A DNA stretch of 64,000 nt, from NCBI GenBank assembly GCA_045649105.1, contig JAZRPG010000027.1, forward strand, positions 109,678-173,677, in the 5' to 3' direction. The stretch is from Eubacteriales bacterium (lineage in GTDB: Bacteria; Bacillota; Clostridia; Oscillospirales; JAAYXM01). Every line of letters starts with the position of its first letter. Within the stretch, counting starts at the first letter, position 1. The notes under the pieces are model-generated. The model searched no databases, was not told the DNA's origin, and worked only from the letters and a program-made list of their open reading frames with translations. Positions 59,995-64,000 of this stretch are shown one piece after another. The position numbers and the translations under genes were made by a program.

Positions 59995-60696
59995 TTACTT
60001 ATTTTTATTTATAATTCTTGTCTCGTCCTTGCCTCCGCAAAGGGATATGAAGCGAGTGACGAGAGATACCTTGTTTTCCGAATCCAGCGTTTCCCAAATT
60101 TCATTGGAAAACTCATCAATGTCGTTTCCGATGCATATTTCCTTCGGCTCGCCCTTATATGACGGAATCGGATTCCCATCGTGTTCATAAGTATGAATGA
60201 TGTGTCCGATACCGGAAACAGGCTGTGAATACTCGAAGAAATTGCGGAGGCATGATTCCTTATTACCGTTTTGCGACTTAAGGATGCTAAGCTTATATGT
60301 AAAGCTGTTTTCATTTACAGATATAATACCGCTGATACGCGGTGTGTAATTGGGGCAATCCGGCTCAAACTCACGGGTTCTGAGCGCCTCCTCAAAGGTT
60401 TTGCCGTCAGCAATAAAATCATACACCGTATCGGTCTGGTCACCGTTTGTCACAATGGTTTTATTGTCAATGCTTCTGACTGCATTATATATTATAAGTG
60501 ACGGGTCTGACAGCTTTGACGCGTCAAATGCCTCTGTCCTTATCAATCCGTTTTCTTCTACAAAAATACGGTTGCGGCTATTCTCGCTTCTGCCCATTAT
60601 AAAGTACGCAATGACCGCATTTTTTCCGTCTTTTGTCTTCCCTATTGCTATTCCTCTGCCCGGATATGAATTTCCTTTTAACGCTTCAATGCTCAT
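59995..60696 (-). CDS. purO: PurO-type IMP cyclohydrolase
   Basis: 233 aa. YPGRGIAIGKTKDGKNAVIAYFIMGRSENSRNRIF matches the archaeal-type IMP cyclohydrolase family. Confidence 0.8.
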   Translation of the reverse strand: MSIEALKGNSYPGRGIAIGKTKDGKNAVIAYFIMGRSENSRNRIFVEENGLIRTEAFDASKLSDPSLIIYNAVRSIDNKTIVTNGDQTDTVYDFIADGKTFEEALRTREFEPDCPNYTPRISGIISVNENSFTYKLSILKSQNGNKESCLRNFFEYSQPVSGIGHIIHTYEHDGNPIPSYKGEPKEICIGNDIDEFSNEIWETLDSENKVSLVTRFISLCGGKDETRIINKNK

Positions 60697-61307
60697 TTTT
60701 CTTCCCCTTTCACAATTTCATGACACACCATCTCTACAGCCTTCGGGAGGATTTTCCACTCTGCCTCCTCCATAATTCTTCGCTGTAATATCTCCGGCGT
60801 ATCGCCGTCATGAATTTCAACAGCCTTTTGCAAGATAATCCTGCCGCCATCCGGCACCTCATTTACAAAATGCACGGTCGCACCACTGACCTTAACTCCG
60901 TAACCGAGAGCCGCCTCATGTACGCGAAGCCCGTAATATCCCTTTCCGCAGAATGAAGGGATAAGAGATGGATGCACATTGATTATCCTGTCTTCATACT
61001 TCTTAACAAAATCAGCGCTAAGAATCGACATAAAACCTGCAAGAACTATCAAATCGATATTATTCTCAGAAAGAATTCTTAAAACTTCACATTCAAACCC
61101 TTCCTGACCGAGGTCGGCGCTTTTTTCAACAACATGCGTCTTAATTCCGTTTTGCTCTGCCCTCTTGAGAGCATAGGCTTCCCTTTTATTAGACAACACA
61201 AGTGAAATACTGCCGCTTTTGATAATCCCGTTTTTCTCGGCGTCAATAAGCGCCTGAAGATTTGTTCCTCCACCGGAAACGAGGACTGCTATTTTCGCGC
61301 TCAGCAT
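60693..61307 (-). CDS. purN: Phosphoribosylglycinamide formyltransferase
   Basis: [25 protein letters not shown] and the GATVHFV motif. Confidence 0.9.
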   Translation of the reverse strand: MLSAKIAVLVSGGGTNLQALIDAEKNGIIKSGSISLVLSNKREAYALKRAEQNGIKTHVVEKSADLGQEGFECEVLRILSENNIDLIVLAGFMSILSADFVKKYEDRIINVHPSLIPSFCGKGYYGLRVHEAALGYGVKVSGATVHFVNEVPDGGRIILQKAVEIHDGDTPEILQRRIMEEAEWKILPKAVEMVCHEIVKGEEK

Positions 61308-62338
61308 ATTTCTACTCCGCAGTCGCCCTTTGTTACCTCGCCTATAATATACGCCTTTTCGCCATTTTCGTTTAAGATTTTCACGGCGCGGTCAGCCTCA
61401 TCGGCTGAAACAACTATGCTCATGCCGACGCCCATATTAAATGTGTTGAACATATCGCGCTCAGGGATATTACCCTCACGCATTATGATATCAAAGAGCG
61501 GATTTTTCCTGAGCTTGTCCTTCTCAATACGCGCAACAAATCCGTCAGGCAGGCTGCGCGGAATATTTTCGTAAAAACCGCCGCCTGTAATGTGCGATAC
61601 CGCCTTCGGGGCTACCTCTTTTGCAAGAGCAAGAACGGGTTTTACATATATCCGCGTCGGCTCAAGCAGCGCCTCACCCAGAGTTCTTCCGAGCTCGTCG
61701 TATTTCTTTTCTATAGCGTTTCCGCTTCCGATATTAAACACCTTGCGGACAAGCGAGAATCCGTTTGAGTGAACACCCGAAGACGGCAGGGCTATTATTG
61801 CATCCCCGCAGCATACCTTGGAGTTATCAAACACCTTTTCCTTATCTACAATTCCGACTGTGAAGCCGGCAAGGTCGTATTCATCCTCAGGATAAAAACC
61901 GGGCATTTCTGCCGTTTCTCCACCGATAAGCGCGCATTCAGACTGTACACAGCCCTCTGCAACACCGGAAACTATTTCCGCAACACGCTCAGGAACATTT
62001 TTACCGAGCGCTATGTAATCGAGAAAGAACATCGGTGCAGCGCCGCAACACACTACATCATTGACGCACATCGCGACACAGTCTATACCCACTGTATCGT
62101 GCTTATCAAGAAGAAATGCAAGCTTAAGCTTTGTCCCTACTCCGTCTGTTCCGCTTACCAACACAGGCTGTGACATGCCTGCAATATTCGGCAGAAACAT
62201 TCCGCCGAATCCTCCAATATCGGAAACAACGCCCGGCGTCTGCGTTCTTGCAATGTGCTTTTTCATAAGCTTAACGGCAGAATATCCTGCTGTTATATCT
62301 ACTCCCGCCGCCTTGTAGCTCTCGCTGTAGCTCTTCAT
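61301..62338 (-). CDS. purM: Phosphoribosylformylglycinamidine cyclo-ligase
   Basis: [17 protein letters not shown] and DYIA motifs. Confidence 0.95.
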   Translation of the reverse strand: MKSYSESYKAAGVDITAGYSAVKLMKKHIARTQTPGVVSDIGGFGGMFLPNIAGMSQPVLVSGTDGVGTKLKLAFLLDKHDTVGIDCVAMCVNDVVCCGAAPMFFLDYIALGKNVPERVAEIVSGVAEGCVQSECALIGGETAEMPGFYPEDEYDLAGFTVGIVDKEKVFDNSKVCCGDAIIALPSSGVHSNGFSLVRKVFNIGSGNAIEKKYDELGRTLGEALLEPTRIYVKPVLALAKEVAPKAVSHITGGGFYENIPRSLPDGFVARIEKDKLRKNPLFDIIMREGNIPERDMFNTFNMGVGMSIVVSADEADRAVKILNENGEKAYIIGEVTKGDCGVEIC

Positions 62339-63789
62339 TATTCTTCCCCCTCCGTATCTTTAGTATCTGATGTTCCTATTTTTTTGTAGTATTTATTCTC
62401 TGCTTTCTCTTTCGGTGGTGTGCACGGGTATTTCCCGGTAAAGCACGCCGTGCAGAAACCGCGTTTCCGGCACTCGGCAATCTGTTCGACATTCGCGGTG
62501 CTTAAAAATCCAAGTGAATCGACATCCATCATTTCACGCATTTCTTCAGTTGTATGATTCCATGCGATAAGGTTTTTCTGTGAGTCAATGTCCGTTCCGT
62601 AATAGCACGGATATAAAAACTTCGGAGCTGATGACCGCATATGCACTTCTGTCGCCCCTGCATCTCGGAGAAGCTTGACTATTCTGGCAGTTGTTGTCCC
62701 TCTGACTATAGAGTCGTCCACAAGAACAACACGCTTTCCCTTCACCGTCGCCGCAACAGTATTAAGCTTTATTCTGACCTTTTTTTCACGGTCTGCCTGC
62801 GTTGGCTGAATAAAGGTGCGCCCGATATATTTATTCTTTATAAATCCGATTCCGTACGGGATTCCCGACTGTTGGGAATATCCTATTGCGGCATCAAGAC
62901 CGGAGTCCGGCACGCCGATTACAACATCCGCCTCGACAGGATGTTCAAGCGCGAGAAACGCCCCTGCTCTCTGCCTTGCAATATGTACAGAGCTCCCGTC
63001 TATGACTGAATCGGGACGCGCAAAATATATAAGCTCAAATATGCACATTGCAGAATCTTTTTTCTTGCAATGCTCAGTAATTGATGTGATACCGCGCTTG
63101 TCAATAACAACAACCTCGCCCGGCTCAACATCACGGACAAAAGTAGCGCCGATGCTGTCAAAAGCACAGGTTTCCGATGCGACCACATAGCTGTCATCAA
63201 GTTTTCCTATACACAGTGGATGAAATCCGTACGGGTCACGTGCCGCTATAAGCTTTTGAGGCGACATGATAACAAGAGAATACGCACCATCAAGACTGTC
63301 CATTGCACGGGTTACAGCGTTTTCAATCGAGTCTGACTTCAGCCTCTCACGGGTAATTATATAAGATATTACCTCAGCATCACTTGTTGTGTGAAAAATT
63401 GAACCATTAAGCTCAAGCTCACGTCTAAGCTCTGCCGCATTTGTAAGACTTCCGTTATTTGCAAGAGCTATGCAACCTTTGACATGGTTCACAACAAGTG
63501 GCTGGGCATTGAGCCTTGCGTCGCCCTTTGCCGTACCGTATCTTACGTGTCCAATAGCAATCTGACCATTGCCGAGTTTCTCAAGCACTCTATCCGTAAA
63601 CACATCACTTACAAGACCGGAATCACGATATGAATTAATTACTCCATCATCATTGACGGCAATACCGCAGCTTTCCTGACCTCTGTGCTGCAATGCAAAC
63701 AGTGCGTAATACGTAAGTGCGGAAATATCATGGTTATTGTTTGAAAAGATACCGAATACACCGCATTCCTCGTGCAATTTGTCAAACAT
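62338..63789 (-). CDS. purF: Amidophosphoribosyltransferase
   Basis: ATG 63789 with AAGAGGA 6 nt upstream. Has a propeptide followed by the CGVFGIF Ntn-Cys, the PRT motif [13 protein letters not shown] and C-terminal Fe-S cysteines ([10 protein letters not shown]). Confidence 0.9.
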   Translation of the reverse strand: MFDKLHEECGVFGIFSNNNHDISALTYYALFALQHRGQESCGIAVNDDGVINSYRDSGLVSDVFTDRVLEKLGNGQIAIGHVRYGTAKGDARLNAQPLVVNHVKGCIALANNGSLTNAAELRRELELNGSIFHTTSDAEVISYIITRERLKSDSIENAVTRAMDSLDGAYSLVIMSPQKLIAARDPYGFHPLCIGKLDDSYVVASETCAFDSIGATFVRDVEPGEVVVIDKRGITSITEHCKKKDSAMCIFELIYFARPDSVIDGSSVHIARQRAGAFLALEHPVEADVVIGVPDSGLDAAIGYSQQSGIPYGIGFIKNKYIGRTFIQPTQADREKKVRIKLNTVAATVKGKRVVLVDDSIVRGTTTARIVKLLRDAGATEVHMRSSAPKFLYPCYYGTDIDSQKNLIAWNHTTEEMREMMDVDSLGFLSTANVEQIAECRKRGFCTACFTGKYPCTPPKEKAENKYYKKIGTSDTKDTEGEE

Positions 63790-63844
63790 CTTTTTTCCTC
63801 TTCTCATTATAATTAATACGCTTTAAGGCGTTTTTATCCAAAAA

Positions 63845-64000
63845 TTAAAACTTATTGCACACTCTCTCATCAGCAGCGGCAACCGCATCTGACATGCTTT
63901 GGCGCATATCCGAAAGCTTTTTTGAAAGTTCCGCATCAGAAAGTGCAAGCATTTGTGCTGCAAGAATAGCGGCATTTTCCGCTCCGTCTATCGCAACGGT
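63845..64000 (-). CDS. purE: N5-CAIR mutase PurE, C-terminal fragment at the window edge
   Basis: Reverse translation gives [36 protein letters not shown]...CNKF followed by a stop. Confidence 0.8.
   Translation of the reverse strand, partial: TVAIDGAENAAILAAQMLALSDAELSKKLSDMRQSMSDAVAAADERVCNKF

Overview
This 64 kb window looks like core chromosome of a spore-forming Firmicute of class Clostridia. That placement is an inference from gene content (sigK, spoIIAA-spoIIAB-sigF, a fused single-chain purL, an ECF transporter module, and T-box and FMN riboswitches) and from GGAGG-type ribosome-binding sites. Coding density is very high and many neighbouring genes overlap by 1-29 nt. I saw no rRNA or tRNA genes, CRISPR arrays, transposases, integrases or phage genes.

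Recognisable blocks, left to right:
- priA'-rpoZ-remA-yicC.
- A tightly coupled six-gene operon: cdaA, cdaR, an RseC-like gene, DUF5685, a J-domain gene and a membrane-protein gene. A cysteine desulfurase/DUF3343 pair sits just upstream.
- dac and ppdK, then an EF-G paralogue, then valS with a Val (GUC) T-box leader.
- The one accessory-looking island (17.2-24.1 kb): an AraC regulator, an uncharacterised glycyl-radical enzyme (GRE), a disrupted SGNH esterase, an SMP-30 lactonase-like gene, a GRE activase and a GH30 hydrolase.
- carD-ispD-ispF, sigK, queH, an ECF sigma/anti-sigma pair and ruvX.
- ecfA1-ecfA2-ecfT-truA, followed by DUF5711-like, cvpA, pgsA and a ClpC-like ATPase with a zinc-ribbon N-terminus.
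- pgi, mreB, comFC and recD2.
- FMN riboswitch-ribU, then a two-component system with htrA, then ppa.
- spoIIAA-AB-sigF, then a pur operon (purE'-F-M-N-O-H-D-L).

The most novel candidates are the orphan GRE cluster and the cysteine-rich RseC-like/DUF5685/J-protein module fused to the c-di-AMP synthase operon. A promoter-equipped structured leader in front of a 135-aa P-loop protein is a third candidate.

All family calls rest on motifs I recognised by eye. No database search was run.
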